Below, piece after piece: positions 63,594 to 64,000 of a stretch of 64,000 nt of DNA. A program made the translations under genes and the position numbers. Numbering within the stretch: position 1 is the stretch's first letter; every line of letters starts with the position of its first letter. The stretch comes from an uncultured Candidatus Binatia bacterium (GTDB lineage: Bacteria > Desulfobacterota > Binatia > UBA9968 > JAJDTQ01). The notes under the pieces were generated by a model. The model was not told the origin of the DNA. It made no database searches and saw nothing but the letters and a program-made list of their open reading frames with translations. Location of the stretch: positions 544,001-608,000 of the forward strand of contig OZ251459.1 in NCBI GenBank assembly GCA_965242525.1, written 5' to 3'.

Positions 63594-63777
63594 CTCGTCA
63601 TTCCCGCGAAGGCCCCTTCCCGCATCATTCCCGCGAAAGCCCTCCCTCGTCATTCCCGCGAAGGCCCCTTCCCGCATCATTCCCGCGAAGGCCCCTTCCC
63701 GCATCATTCCCGCGAAGCCCTCCCTCGTCATTCCCGCGAAGCCCCCGCTTCGTCATTCCCGCGAAAGCGGGAATCCA
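63594..63777. repeat. Tandem array of family A half-palindromes (TCATTCCCGCGAA...), ~7 units
   Basis: 25-27-bp period units ending in the full GTCATTCCCGCGAAAGCGGGAATCC palindrome. Confidence 0.88.
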
Positions 63778-63860
63778 CTTGTCTTCGATCTTCCAGGGAA
63801 CCTCTGAACAGTCGAGACATCCGGGATGGATTCCCGATTCCATCATCCTGACGCCCCCAT

Positions 63861-63992
63861 CCCCGTTCGTCCTGAGCGTAGCGAAGCGGAGTCGAAGGAC
63901 GCGCGCATGTTCCGCCGATCGTCCAGAGGTTCCCTGGGAGTCTATGGATTCCCGCCCCCGCTTCCGCGAGGACATGCTTTCGCGGGAATGAC
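63861..63992. repeat. Family B + family A composite repeat
   Basis: Direct repeat of 56393-56525. Confidence 0.85.
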
Positions 63993-64000
63993 GAGAAAGG

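Noticed and set aside
63594-63777. Possible mini-CRISPR (TCATTCCCGCGAA repeats)
   Set aside because: Intervening sequences are only ~12-14 bp and are themselves repeated; this is a REP half-site tandem array.

Overview
High-GC bacterial chromosomal segment; gene content is suggestive of a Deltaproteobacteria/Binatia-like organism (inference only). No rRNA, tRNA or true CRISPR array was seen. Left end: restriction-modification island with an MmeI-type (Type IIL) R-M gene running in from the window edge, an internally deleted IS, a C5 methyltransferase plus putative PD-(D/E)XK endonuclease, and an orphan 32-codon MmeI N-terminus that breaks off at exactly the codon where the window begins. Middle: mostly metabolic and stress genes (amidohydrolase, OCD, GH15, gnd/pgl, FprA, adk, HPF-CSD, RpoD-like sigma, sigma54-driven degP/HK/NtrC operon, folM-folB/X-folK, S8 protease, UbiD, carboxyltransferase, M23, cysD/cysNC with manC and a WecA-like GT, GMC oxidoreductase, peptide ABC permeases, aminotransferase, ArsS-type radical SAM plus GT2). 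Two lower-GC accessory modules interrupt this: a remnant small gene + KGGVGR ParA-like ATPase + second P-loop ATPase (candidate defence system), and a 2TM protein + Cas2/VapD-like pair. Right end: tandem array of four mosaic AAA-ATPase/PD-(D/E)XK nuclease paralogs. Two families of REP-like palindromic repeats recur in intergenic regions. Several frameshifts may be assembly errors. All family calls are from motif recognition by eye; no database searches were run.
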